The notes beneath the pieces are model-generated. The model saw only the letters and a program-made list of their open reading frames with translations. It had not been told where the DNA came from and did not search any database. A stretch of DNA of 64,000 bases, taken from assembly GCA_963664225.1 (NCBI GenBank), contig OY760937.1:4352001-4416000 (forward strand). The letters are read 5' to 3'. Shown piece after piece: positions 41,861-52,104 of this stretch (within the stretch, counting starts at the first letter, position 1; each line of letters starts with the position of its first letter). The position numbers and the translations under genes are program-made. This DNA comes from Verrucomicrobiia bacterium. Its GTDB lineage: Bacteria; Verrucomicrobiota; Verrucomicrobiia; Limisphaerales; UBA1319.

Positions 41861-43294
41861 ATGGGTATGAACACGCGCATCATGAATCGGCCCTCCCGGC
41901 GCCAGTGGCGGGTCGCCGCAGGTCTGCTTTTCATTGCAGTAATCTTTATGGCACTCAACGGCGTGCGCGGGTTTGCGGATGGTGCTGATAATTCAATATC
42001 ACGGCTGGCCATAAGCGCGATGGCAGGTGAGAAACTGCAGCTCGCCTGGCCGGTATCCGCGGCCGCGTCTGATCTCGAGACAACCACGCAGCTCAAACCC
42101 TCCGGCGAGTGGGAACGTGTGGCCCAACTCCCCGCCCTGACCAATGAGGCTCTTTCGCTGGCCGTCACGAACGCAGCGACCAATGCATTCTACCGGTTGC
42201 AGGGCGGCAAGGCAGCGACGGTGAACATCTTGAAAACTCCAAAGGACAGTCTCGTTCCCGATGCGGTGGTGGATGCCAAAGGCGTTTTGCACCTGGTCTA
42301 TGGGCTGAACCACAACGCCTATTACATTCGATCCACAAACAACGGCGGCACCTTCACACCGCCGGTGAAAGTAAATTCCGCTGGCACGGTGGAGACGGAG
42401 ATGGGCGAGCGCGGCCCCAAATTGGCGGTGGGCGGCGATGGTGTCATTCATGTGGTCTGGGCGGACGATTGGGCCCCGGGAGTGAAAACATTCGTGCGCT
42501 ACTCACGCAGCCTGGACGGAGGGAAGACCTTTGAACCGCTTCAAACAGTGTCCTCCATGTCCGGGATCGATGGAGTGACGGTGACTGCCGACTGCAATGG
42601 CAACGTCATTGCGTTCTGGCATGTCATGGTTGATCCTGCGCCGCCGGTTCCACAGGCCACCTGGTTGTTTATGGCGCGTTCCACAAACAATTGGGCGGGC
42701 TTTGGACCCAGCGCGAAGGTCAACATCTCCAACCACGAAGGAATTGCCTGTTCCATGTGCATGATGCGCGCCCGTGCGGAAACCAATGGCACCGTGTATC
42801 TGGCCTTTCGAAGCGCGGTGCAGAACATTCGGGATTTTTTCGTGCTCAAAGGATCGGCGGACGGAAGCGCATTCACGGCGCTCCGTGTGAATCAGGATAA
42901 TTGGAATATCAATTACTGCCCCATGGCCGGGCCCGAACTTAGTTTTGATCCCTACGGTCGCGCGCTCTGCGCGTTCATGACCTCGAACAAGGTTTACTGG
43001 GCGGTCAGCGATTATCCCATCACTGGCTTTCGCCTGCATGTGGCCACGCCCGCCCATGAAGCCAATGAGATCTATCCCACGGTGACCGCCAACCGACGGG
43101 GCGAAGTGTTGTTTCTGTGGCAGATTGGCCCCATGTCCACGAGTGGCACGGCTACCGTGAAATGGGCGCGATACAACATCGATGGCACCTACATTGACCA
43201 GCAGGGCACCATTGGTACCTCGTTTTCGGGCACCAAGGCGACGGCGGTTGTTGGCAGCGACGACAACTTCTACATCATCACCACCGCACAATGA
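41861..43294 (+). CDS. Secreted BNR/sialidase-fold protein with an N-terminal beta domain
   Basis: Hydrophobic signal, Asp boxes 'RSTNNGGTF' and 'RSLDGGKTF', 'ACSMC' and 'CPMAGP' motifs. Confidence 0.75.
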   Translation: MGMNTRIMNRPSRRQWRVAAGLLFIAVIFMALNGVRGFADGADNSISRLAISAMAGEKLQLAWPVSAAASDLETTTQLKPSGEWERVAQLPALTNEALSLAVTNAATNAFYRLQGGKAATVNILKTPKDSLVPDAVVDAKGVLHLVYGLNHNAYYIRSTNNGGTFTPPVKVNSAGTVETEMGERGPKLAVGGDGVIHVVWADDWAPGVKTFVRYSRSLDGGKTFEPLQTVSSMSGIDGVTVTADCNGNVIAFWHVMVDPAPPVPQATWLFMARSTNNWAGFGPSAKVNISNHEGIACSMCMMRARAETNGTVYLAFRSAVQNIRDFFVLKGSADGSAFTALRVNQDNWNINYCPMAGPELSFDPYGRALCAFMTSNKVYWAVSDYPITGFRLHVATPAHEANEIYPTVTANRRGEVLFLWQIGPMSTSGTATVKWARYNIDGTYIDQQGTIGTSFSGTKATAVVGSDDNFYIITTAQ

Positions 43295-43313
43295 AAATGG
43301 TGTAGGGTAGGGG

Positions 43314-43583
43314 ATGTGGAGTCATTACCGAAAATGGAAATCAAGCGTTGGCCTTTTGCTCTGTGGCATCGCTCTCGCACTGATGCGCGGCGAACCTGAT
43401 GCCTCCCTGCGCTGGATCATCGGCATTGGAATTTGTGGAATTGTTATTCTGGCGTATGTGGCCGAGGAGGTCGTCTGGATTGCGCGGAATCAAGGACGGC
43501 CTTGTTCCAAATGCGGTTGCGCCATTCGTATGAAGCCATTCCGCATTCAACAGTGCTGCCCGAACTGTGGTGAAATGCAGTAA
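43314..43583 (+). CDS. Small two-helix membrane protein with a C-terminal Zn ribbon
   Basis: Two hydrophobic segments, CSKC...CPNC. Confidence 0.6.
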   Translation: MWSHYRKWKSSVGLLLCGIALALMRGEPDASLRWIIGIGICGIVILAYVAEEVVWIARNQGRPCSKCGCAIRMKPFRIQQCCPNCGEMQ

Positions 43584-43688
43584 GAATGTCTGGGCTTGAA
43601 TTTCTCGAAGCTGGGAAAGAGGTTTCACCCTGTATTTCTCCTTGCCATTGCCTGCTCCTATTCATATCTGTTTTTGGCAGGATCCAAA

Positions 43689-45791
43689 ATGAACAACCAA
43701 TCTCAAATTCACACTTCGACAGTGCCGGGCAACGTGGACCCTTTGGCACACACGACCCCCACTCCCGCGAACCGCAAGCTGATCGCGCTTTGCCTTGCCT
43801 TGTTACTCAGCATTGGCGCGGGGCTTCTGGTGGGTTGCGCCTGCTGTAAATCCGGCGCTTCCGCAGGTGCGCAAAGCGACGCTACCGCTGGCTCGTACTC
43901 CCTCAAATCACCCGATGGCGCCATCGCGATGACTGTTCAAAGCAGTGGTAATGTGACCTATTCCGTCAGCGTGGATGGCCAGGTGATCGTCAATCCGTCA
44001 AAGCTCGGGCTGCAATTTCGCGATGGGATGAACCTTGGGCAGGATGTCGTTGTGGTCAAAGCCGAAACCCGCAGCGCCGATTCCACCTGGGAGAATCCAT
44101 TGGGCAAGCGTCGAACGGTCCGCGACCATTACAATCAACTCCGACTCGTATTAAGCGAGAAATCGAGTGCATCCAGGACCTTCGAGATCCTCTTCCGGGC
44201 TTACAACGATGGCGTTGGTTTCCGTTATGTTCTGCCCACGCAGAACGGTCCGGAATCCTTCATCCTGGAGCGCGAGCAAACCGAGTTCGCCTTTGCTTCG
44301 AACGCGACTTGCTTTGCCGGTCAACAGGAGAAGGGATTTGCAGGATCGCAGGAATGGGAGTTCAAGCGTGGACACCTGGCCGATATTAAACCGCAGTCTG
44401 TGGTGGGACTGCCGCTGCTGGTTCAAACTCCCGCCGCCTGGGTGGCGGTGGCCGAGGCCGACTTGCGAGACTGGTCGGGGATGTGGCTCGGCGGTGCGAC
44501 TAATTCAAATAATGCCAAGGCGTCAGAAGGCGTCACACTGACCGCCAAACTCGCCCCGCGCCGCGACGGTCAGGGCCTGGTCAAGGCGGGCTCGGCGCAA
44601 CATTCCCCCTGGCGCGTGTTGATGATTGGACGCCAACCGGGCCGGTTGGTTGAGAGCGATTTGATCAGCAACCTCAGCGCCCCCAGCCAGCTTAAAGATA
44701 CCGCGTGGATTCGTCCCGGGATGATGGCCTGGGATCATTGGTGGTCCGGCGATGTCCAGATGGACACGGCCACGATGAAGGAATACATCCAACTGGCCGC
44801 CGACATGGGCTGGCCTTACCAACTCGTCGATTGGCAATGGTACGGGCCATTTAACACGCCCGGCTCTGACATTACAAAGGTCAATCCCGCGCTCGACATG
44901 GACGAACTCCGTCGCTTTGCCAAGGAAAAGGGTGTCCGGCTCTGGGTGTGGCTTTATTGGACCGATGCGGATCGCAATGACGCCTACAAAAAGGCCTTTG
45001 CACTCTACGAGAAATGGGGAATTGCGGGTGTCAAAATCGATTTCATGGATAGTGACCATCAGGAAATGGTGAATTGGTATGAGAAACTGACTCGCGCTGC
45101 CGCGGAGCATCATCTGATGATCAATTTCCACGGGGCGTTCAAGACCTCCGGCTTTAACCGGACCTTCCCGAACCAGATCACCCGTGAAGGCATTATGGGG
45201 AACGAATACAATCGCTGGAGCAACCGAGTGACACCGGAGCATAAGCTCACATTACCGTTTACGCGGTTTCTCGCCGGTCCGGCGGACTTCACCCCGGGCG
45301 GTTTCCTCAATCGCCAGCCCGGCCAGTTCAAGCCCGACGACAAGGCCGCGCAGGTCCAGGGCACCCGCAGTGCCGAACTCGCGCTGTTCGTCCTCTATGA
45401 CAGCCCCATTTGCTGCGTCTGCGATCATCCGAGCCATTACCGCAATCAGCCCGGGGCGGATTTCCTGAAGATCGTGCCCACCGTCTGGGACGACACCCGC
45501 GTTCTGGACGCCGCCGTCGGCGAACACATGGTCACCGTCCGCCGCAGCGGCAACCGCTGGTTCCTCGGCGCGCTCACAGATCAGACCTCGCGCGACATTC
45601 CTGTGAAACTGGATTTCCTCGGACGCGGCTCATGGACACTCAAGCTTTGGAAAGACGCCCCCGACAGCGATGCAAATGCCGAACATCTGGCCACTGAGCA
45701 GCGAATCGTGACCTCGGCGGACGTTCTAAACTTGCACCTGGCCAAATCAGGCGGCGCAGTCGCCAGTTTCGAACCGGCTCCGCGCCGATAA
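43689..45791 (+). CDS. GH97 glycoside hydrolase (alpha-glucosidase/galactosidase), probable lipoprotein
   Basis: 'FRAYNDGVGFRY', 'SPWRV', 'GVKIDF', 'TREGIMGNE', 'PFTRFLAGPADFTPG', 'PTVWDDT'. Confidence 0.92.
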   Translation: MNNQSQIHTSTVPGNVDPLAHTTPTPANRKLIALCLALLLSIGAGLLVGCACCKSGASAGAQSDATAGSYSLKSPDGAIAMTVQSSGNVTYSVSVDGQVIVNPSKLGLQFRDGMNLGQDVVVVKAETRSADSTWENPLGKRRTVRDHYNQLRLVLSEKSSASRTFEILFRAYNDGVGFRYVLPTQNGPESFILEREQTEFAFASNATCFAGQQEKGFAGSQEWEFKRGHLADIKPQSVVGLPLLVQTPAAWVAVAEADLRDWSGMWLGGATNSNNAKASEGVTLTAKLAPRRDGQGLVKAGSAQHSPWRVLMIGRQPGRLVESDLISNLSAPSQLKDTAWIRPGMMAWDHWWSGDVQMDTATMKEYIQLAADMGWPYQLVDWQWYGPFNTPGSDITKVNPALDMDELRRFAKEKGVRLWVWLYWTDADRNDAYKKAFALYEKWGIAGVKIDFMDSDHQEMVNWYEKLTRAAAEHHLMINFHGAFKTSGFNRTFPNQITREGIMGNEYNRWSNRVTPEHKLTLPFTRFLAGPADFTPGGFLNRQPGQFKPDDKAAQVQGTRSAELALFVLYDSPICCVCDHPSHYRNQPGADFLKIVPTVWDDTRVLDAAVGEHMVTVRRSGNRWFLGALTDQTSRDIPVKLDFLGRGSWTLKLWKDAPDSDANAEHLATEQRIVTSADVLNLHLAKSGGAVASFEPAPRR

Positions 45792-45865
45792 TAAGGACTT
45801 TCTGCCCGATCGCCGGGCCAACCCATGTGTAGGTCTTCCGCCATGGGTGCCCGTTTTGACATTGA

Positions 45866-46876
45866 TCAGCGTTTGATTGGGGTCGTCAAACGATTGACCA
45901 GAAAATCATGGTAGCCGGGCAGGTCCTTCCAGGCGGTGGCGGTTTCGATGCGTTTGGCTTTACCGTCGATCACCGTGAAGCCGTCATCCGTGACCCGCAG
46001 GCCGAGAGATTCCATGGTGCAAAGATCATGGCGAATGGCGAGATAAACGGCCACCGCGTCAAATAGAACGCTGGAGTGGTTTAGCGAGGCTTGATCGAAT
46101 TTGCTCCAGATGCGGTAGTTCTCCATGATGGCTGCGGCGATGGGATCCCTGGAATCGCGCACCTTGGCGAAGCGGTCTCCGTCCAGCACCACCAGCCCGC
46201 AGGTGTCGAGCGGGGTAATGGTCATTTCCCAGGGCGCGGTAAATACGCGCTGGCAGGCCTTCGGATCCGCTTTCACATTCCACTCGGCGGCTGGAGTTTT
46301 ATCGCCACTGTAGCCAAGACGGACGCTGCCGAACATGCCGTATAAATGCGCGCGCTGGGCGATGCGGGGTTCGCGTTGCAGTGCGGCGGCGACGTTAGGT
46401 GCCGGCCCAATGGCAATCAAGGCCACCGGTTCGGGCGAGCTCATGATGGTGTCCACAATGGCTTGGACACCGTCCTGGTAAACCTTCCCGGGATAGGACT
46501 TGAGGTCGTATTTTTCCACCCACGCGGCCTGTCCTCCATCTCCCTTGGGTTCAATATCCATTCCGATTCCGACCGCGACATCCGGACGTCCGGCGACCTG
46601 GAGAAACTTGGCCATAAGCTTGGCGCGATACTGGGCCTTGCCGTAATCGCCGACGACCAGTTTCAAATCCAGCTCAGGGCTTTTCAGGAGGAAGCCGAGA
46701 GCCCAGGTGTCATCGATGTCATCGCCGATGTCGCTCACCAGAATGGCCGGCACGGGTTTGGCCATCGGCGCGGTGTTTTGCGAAAAGCCGGTTTGCAGGG
46801 ACGAAAACAGAACAGTGGCGAAGGCCAGGCAAAGTGTCCTCACGCCGAACAGGGTCGCGGATGTTGGTAATTTCAT
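45866..46876 (-). CDS. Nucleoside hydrolase (IU-NH fold) with a signal peptide
   Basis: 'SDIGDDIDD', 'IGPAPN', 'AEWNV..DP', 'LFDAVA'. Confidence 0.85.
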   Translation of the reverse strand: MKLPTSATLFGVRTLCLAFATVLFSSLQTGFSQNTAPMAKPVPAILVSDIGDDIDDTWALGFLLKSPELDLKLVVGDYGKAQYRAKLMAKFLQVAGRPDVAVGIGMDIEPKGDGGQAAWVEKYDLKSYPGKVYQDGVQAIVDTIMSSPEPVALIAIGPAPNVAAALQREPRIAQRAHLYGMFGSVRLGYSGDKTPAAEWNVKADPKACQRVFTAPWEMTITPLDTCGLVVLDGDRFAKVRDSRDPIAAAIMENYRIWSKFDQASLNHSSVLFDAVAVYLAIRHDLCTMESLGLRVTDDGFTVIDGKAKRIETATAWKDLPGYHDFLVNRLTTPIKR

Positions 46877-46935
46877 GGAATGTATTGTTGCAAAATCAAA
46901 AGCAGATTCGAGCTAAAAATAACCGGAATGGATCT

Positions 46936-48351
46936 TCATTTTTCACCAGACACGCCTTGTGGATTGTAGAATCGGACGAACTGAATTTGCTCCGCCAGTT
47001 TCGTTCCTTTCAACTCCAGCACATGACGGCCTGCTGGGAGTCCTTCCGCAACGGTGACACAGGCTTCCGTTCCCAGTGAGGCGGCGGGGGATACGGCCGT
47101 ATCGGCGCCCCGGAGAATGGCCCGCCATGCGGCGGTATGGTTTTCGGGCAGGGCGCGTTTAAAGACGGCGACGCTGTAGGCGATGTTCCAGTCTTCCGGC
47201 TCAATGACCACGCGCCCTGATTTGGAAACGAAGCGGTTTGTGCTGCTGCCCTCACCATCCTCGCCGGCGACACTGCCCCTGAGAGTAAAATGGCAGACTT
47301 TGCCGTCCTGTGAGGCACGGTCAATCTTGAGCGACCATTCTTCCGCGACCAGTGGGGTCTTTGAACTGACTCTTAATAACAGCGGCCAGTCACTCGCGGG
47401 AAAGGCCGAAACGCGCGTAAAGGTGTAAAGCTCCGGGATCGTCGATGGAGATTTGCCATCGACTTGCACGGCAATGCCGCCCTTGGCAGCAGGCTTGAAA
47501 ATCAAATCCGCCCGTGTGCCGGTGAACTCAACGCGCAAGGTATTCGGATCGTTGGAGAGCGAGACGGGAACTGTGCGCACACGCGATTCGTTCATGGGAT
47601 CGTAACCGTCTTTGGGCGGCAACGGAGCCAGATAGGTTTTGAGCAATTCGGCCATGAGCCATTCGCCTTGCGCGTTGAGATGAACGCCGTCCTTCAGCAA
47701 ATCGGCCGCTTTCAAATGTTGATCCTTGAGGTAGGTCTTCCACAGTTCGTGGATATCGGCGCGGCAGGCACCGTATTTGGCGGCAGTTGTCGGCAGAAAC
47801 ACATGGTTCATCCAGGGATCCCACTTTGTCGGGGTCAGCTTTGCGGGATCGGTTTCTTCAGTCAGGCTGGCGTCGGTGGTGATGTGATCGGTTTGGAGCA
47901 GGATATCCGCGCAGGTGCGCTCGCGGACCCGGCGGATGATGTTTTCATATTCGATGTGGGAACCATAGACATGAAAGATCAGCAAATCGGGTTGGAACGG
48001 GTAAAGGTCGGCCTCGGCGGTTTTAACCAGGAGTTGCGAGGCATGTCCACCGATGGCCCGGTTTTCGATGATCAGATTGGCGTTGGTATAAGTGGTCCGC
48101 AGGTAACGCTCCACTTCCTTCCACCAGGATTGCTGGGTGATCGATTGCCCGTAGAACAGGACCCGCACGGTCTTACGATCTGTCGGCGTGCTCGAGTTGA
48201 GCAGCGTCAGTGACCGGCGCAGATGTTCGCGTTGCCCGGGATTGGGCTGCCATGGTGCGGGGGCAGGATAAGAATCGGCCGCGCGCAGTGGGCCATTACA
48301 TAGTAGCCCGGCGCAGATCAGACCGAGGGCAATGGTGGTGTTGAGTTTCAT
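46936..48351 (-). CDS. Secreted SGNH/GDSL-family hydrolase
   Basis: 'FYGQSIT', 'NRAIGG', 'DGVHLN'. Confidence 0.8.
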   Translation of the reverse strand: MKLNTTIALGLICAGLLCNGPLRAADSYPAPAPWQPNPGQREHLRRSLTLLNSSTPTDRKTVRVLFYGQSITQQSWWKEVERYLRTTYTNANLIIENRAIGGHASQLLVKTAEADLYPFQPDLLIFHVYGSHIEYENIIRRVRERTCADILLQTDHITTDASLTEETDPAKLTPTKWDPWMNHVFLPTTAAKYGACRADIHELWKTYLKDQHLKAADLLKDGVHLNAQGEWLMAELLKTYLAPLPPKDGYDPMNESRVRTVPVSLSNDPNTLRVEFTGTRADLIFKPAAKGGIAVQVDGKSPSTIPELYTFTRVSAFPASDWPLLLRVSSKTPLVAEEWSLKIDRASQDGKVCHFTLRGSVAGEDGEGSSTNRFVSKSGRVVIEPEDWNIAYSVAVFKRALPENHTAAWRAILRGADTAVSPAASLGTEACVTVAEGLPAGRHVLELKGTKLAEQIQFVRFYNPQGVSGEK

Positions 48352-48548
48352 TCCGCTGAGTTTGAATGCGGAAAAGTTTGGCTGGCAAGTGCCATTGTGA
48401 AAACATCCGTGTGTTTGCATTGATAATCGGGATCTTGCCAGAATGAAATTAACTCGGGGGCAAATGTTCATCAAATGGGGGAGGCAGAACAATGCGCGAG
48501 CCAGAATAAGCTGGACCGGAATCAGCGCTGGTACAACAATCCGAACAA

Positions 48549-49529
48549 ATGAATATAACCACTAATAATCAACTCTTCGGCAGGTCAGGCCGCAACGAGG
48601 CCAATTCGCCTTGTGAAAAGGTCCTGAATGAAAAACCCTGTTTCCTTGCGGCTTTTGGACGCCGCTGGATGGGGATCGCGGCGTTGAGCCTGCTGTTTGC
48701 TGGCTCCCTTTCCGCAGCGACCATCAAGACTCTGATCGTCGATGGACAAACCAATCCCTCGCACGACCTCAAGACCGTGACTGCGGAAATGAAAACGATT
48801 CTGGAGAGTTCCGGACTCTTCACGGTCGATGTGGCCACTTCCCCGGCCAAGGGTCAGGACATGAGCCAGTTCAAACCCAACTTTTCCGACTACGCTCTGG
48901 TTGTCGTAAATTATGATGGGGATTCCTGGGCGCCGGATACTCAGGCGGCGTTCGTGAAATACATGCGGAACGGTGGTGGATTATTGGTAATGCATTCCGC
49001 TGACAACGCTTTCGGTAATTGGAATGAATTCAATGAAATGATCGGCGTGGGCGGATGGGGCGGTCGTAATGAAAAATCAGGCCCCTACCTCCGCTTCCGC
49101 GAAGGAAAATGGGTGCCTCTCCAGATGCCGGGACCGGGCGGCAGCCATGGCGCTCCACGGCCTTATGTGGTGACAACGCGCGAGCCAGCGCATCCGATCA
49201 TGCAGGGATTGCCTGCGGGATGGCTGCACGTATCCGATGAGCTTTATGATCGTCTGCGCGGTCCGGCAAAGAACGTAACCGTGCTGGCGTCGTCCATGAC
49301 CGATGCCACCAAGGGCGGTTCCGGCGAAGAGGAACCTGTGCTGATGGCGCTGACCTACGGCAAGGGCCGCGTGTTTCATACCACCATGGGACACAGCGCC
49401 AAAGAGATGAAATGCATCGGTTTCTCCGTGACTCTCCAGCGTGGCGCTGAATGGGCCGCCACCGGCAAGGTGACCCAGAAGGTTCCCGCCGTTTTCCCGA
49501 CTGCGACAGAAACGAAGACCCGTCCGTGA
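48549..49529 (+). CDS. ThuA-like (trehalose utilisation / GATase-fold) secreted protein
   Basis: 'GGGLLVMH', 'HPIMQGLP', 'DELY', 'YGKGRVFHTTMGH'; true start may be further downstream. Confidence 0.85.
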   Translation: MNITTNNQLFGRSGRNEANSPCEKVLNEKPCFLAAFGRRWMGIAALSLLFAGSLSAATIKTLIVDGQTNPSHDLKTVTAEMKTILESSGLFTVDVATSPAKGQDMSQFKPNFSDYALVVVNYDGDSWAPDTQAAFVKYMRNGGGLLVMHSADNAFGNWNEFNEMIGVGGWGGRNEKSGPYLRFREGKWVPLQMPGPGGSHGAPRPYVVTTREPAHPIMQGLPAGWLHVSDELYDRLRGPAKNVTVLASSMTDATKGGSGEEEPVLMALTYGKGRVFHTTMGHSAKEMKCIGFSVTLQRGAEWAATGKVTQKVPAVFPTATETKTRP

Positions 49530-49843
49530 TCTCCGTTTTAGTGGGCGCATTCCAATGGGCTCAAGAAAGTCGGCCTGCGGGTTTTTACCAAACTTGCAGG
49601 CCGAAGCAACAAGCGGAGGTATCGTTCAGGGATCGGCAGAATGGTTCTGACTTCGGCGCGCGGCAGCAAAGCGAGGACTTTGCAGGCGGTGTCATGCCGG
49701 GGCTCTCTGATTAGCCGCTTGGAAAATGTCGTTTCTTGAAAAAGGGCTTATCTGGAGTATTCTGGACTTGCACCATTCTAAGGGAAATAGCGCTCTTGGA
49801 CAGGCGCGAAAATGAAATAACTAGTTGGAATCACAGGAACCTC

Positions 49844-50296
49844 ATGAAAAAATCGTTCAAATATCTTATCTTTGCATCGATAATGGCTGTTTCTCTCGTG
49901 ATGGGGCAGCCGATCTACGCTGCCGACTCGAAGTCGAAAGCCGCGGATAAGGCAGTGGGCGAGGCCAAAGACTCCACCGAAAAGACCAAGGCAAAACGCG
50001 ACTGGTATCCCTTTGGCGGGATCGTGGCTGCGGTGGACGTCCAGGCAAAGACCATCTCCCTGAAGAAGAAAGAGGGTGCGCGCGTGCTCAAGCTCGATGC
50101 CAAATCCACGCTCGAGATCAACGGCAAACCAACCATGTTGGGCAGTGTGAAAGTCGGCGATTACGCCCATGGCAAACTCCACAAGGACAGCGCCGGTAAC
50201 GAAGTGATCACGGCGGCGAAATTCGACAAGGAAGCGCCGAATAAGGACAAACCGGCAGTCAGTAAGCAGCCTTTAGCAACCCCTGCTTCGCGTTAG
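49844..50296 (+). CDS. Lysine-rich secreted protein with an OB-fold-like core
   Basis: Signal peptide AxAA; 'G.VAAVD...KTI...VKVGD' pattern. Confidence 0.7.
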   Translation: MKKSFKYLIFASIMAVSLVMGQPIYAADSKSKAADKAVGEAKDSTEKTKAKRDWYPFGGIVAAVDVQAKTISLKKKEGARVLKLDAKSTLEINGKPTMLGSVKVGDYAHGKLHKDSAGNEVITAAKFDKEAPNKDKPAVSKQPLATPASR

Positions 50297-50316
50297 ACCA
50301 TCCCCACTTCATAAGC

Positions 50317-50356
50317 GCGGGGTATTAACCGGCCAAAGAATTTTAATATACCCCGC
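50317..50356. terminator. Inverted repeat, possible terminator
   Basis: GCGGGGTATTAA...TTAAT(A)TACCCCGC. Confidence 0.45.
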
Positions 50357-50449
50357 AATGGCTCGTGGTGGCGATGCACGAAGTGTCACGGACAGCATTG
50401 CCAATGCGATTGCCATCAAGTATGTCGTGCGCTACGGTTGCCACAACGA

Positions 50450-50980
50450 ATGAAAATCCAAAACCTGACCATCGGCCAACGCATAAGGCATCCGAAATAC
50501 GGGGTTGGCACCGTTAAGAGTCTTAATGAGTCGTCCGCGGAGATTCGCTTCGACGATGAAACGAGAACGATGGACCCGGTACTCAGCGAACTCTCCCCCG
50601 CGGAGGCAACTGCTGCGGTTAGCGGTTTGGACATTCCGCTAAAACAGTTCGTTGAAACCGCAATTGAAACGGTTCTGACCCGTCTCGGATACGAGAACCC
50701 CAATGCGGTTGTCGGTGGTCTTGGTGTGCGCTGGCACAAAGGAAAAATGGTCCTCCATCCGTCGGACCCAACGCTGCAGACCAAGGAGGTGCCGCTTGAA
50801 GTGTTCTTTCATAAACTCGTCGGCGTCAGAAATCAGTTGCGGGTTTTGGAACAGAAGATAAATGCCCACCCAAATCTGACGGATGGCGAGAAGGTGGAGA
50901 TGCAGGAATACATCACTCGTTCCTATGGTTCACTGACCACGTTTAACATCCTGTTTAAGGAAAAAGGGGACCAGTTTTAG
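50450..50980 (+). CDS. Conserved hypothetical protein with an N-terminal Tudor/KOW-like motif
   Basis: 'GQRIRHPKYGVGTV'; C-terminal 'FFHK...R..LRVLEQKIN...YITR.YGSLTTFN.LF'. Confidence 0.75.
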   Translation: MKIQNLTIGQRIRHPKYGVGTVKSLNESSAEIRFDDETRTMDPVLSELSPAEATAAVSGLDIPLKQFVETAIETVLTRLGYENPNAVVGGLGVRWHKGKMVLHPSDPTLQTKEVPLEVFFHKLVGVRNQLRVLEQKINAHPNLTDGEKVEMQEYITRSYGSLTTFNILFKEKGDQF

Positions 50981-51056
50981 CGTTTTCTCAGGGAAAAACG
51001 GTGCCGTGACGAGGGAGAACGAGCAGGCATTTAACGGCCAAGGCCACCGTATCGGG

Positions 51057-52022
51057 TCATGCCTGGGCGACGGTTATTGTGCTGTTTAAGCGGCGGATGG
51101 CGAAAACAAGCAAAGCCAAAATAATGCCGTCAACGAGGAGTGTTGCCAGTCCCAGACCGGGATTCTTCATGACCAGGCTTATAAGTAGCACCGCTTGAAT
51201 GACATTGTGCAGATACCAGCCAATGCCAAAATACAGGAATCCCGGCGGGGCCAGCATGTGGTAACGACGAAGTAACCATGCATACAGGCAGATGACGCCC
51301 GCCCAAATTGGGATGAAAGCCACCACTGGCGCCTTGGATGCCGCAACGAATGCGAGTCCCCAGAATGGCATCAGCACGCTAATTCCAAGAAGTATCGGTT
51401 TGAGTGCGGAAGCCGATGGCAGACTTTGAGGTTTCTCTTTGGAGAATGCGCCCAATGTGAATAACAGGAGCATCAGCGACAATAAGACCGCCAATTCCAA
51501 TTTCGTTCCCGTAACCCCTTTCTCAGAGGTTCCAAGGAAGGCAGCGCAGGCCAGCAACATCAGAAGGATCCCAAGACAAAGAGCGAATTTGCCATTCAGC
51601 CATGGCTCACTTTTTATCTTTGGAAAGAAATACTGGGTCAACTGGATTGGAACAAGGACTGAGGCGATCGCGTGCCAGGCGCTGATACCTGCGGCCCATG
51701 GAAAGCTGATGCCAATCCAGTAACCATAGTCGTTGTATTGAGACACGGGCAGGCCAGTTTGGAGGATCATTGTTTTGGCTAGTAAACCCTCGTTGAATAT
51801 GGCGTACCCCATTCCCATGAAGAACAATCCCAGAATGCCACTGTGAAAACGAACCGCCAATTCCCGCACCAGAAGAATGGCCACGCCGTATCCAAAGAAA
51901 AGAAAAACCACCATTCCTGGATTGAGGAATCCAGACAGAGGCGTGCTACCTGTAAATAATTCAGGCAGCACGGTACAAAGGATCAGAAGAGTAATGGCTG
52001 CCAGGGCTTTCACGGCTGCCAT
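51057..52022 (-). CDS. Multi-pass membrane protein
   Basis: About 9-10 hydrophobic segments; 'PELFTGST', 'EGL'. Confidence 0.75.
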   Translation of the reverse strand: MAAVKALAAITLLILCTVLPELFTGSTPLSGFLNPGMVVFLFFGYGVAILLVRELAVRFHSGILGLFFMGMGYAIFNEGLLAKTMILQTGLPVSQYNDYGYWIGISFPWAAGISAWHAIASVLVPIQLTQYFFPKIKSEPWLNGKFALCLGILLMLLACAAFLGTSEKGVTGTKLELAVLLSLMLLLFTLGAFSKEKPQSLPSASALKPILLGISVLMPFWGLAFVAASKAPVVAFIPIWAGVICLYAWLLRRYHMLAPPGFLYFGIGWYLHNVIQAVLLISLVMKNPGLGLATLLVDGIILALLVFAIRRLNSTITVAQA

Positions 52023-52104
52023 CGTCGAGTTATTTGACTCTCGCCGCAATTGAATAATATGGCATGTATCCGATTTTCAAAAGAAGCGTGATCGAATCGC
52101 CCTA

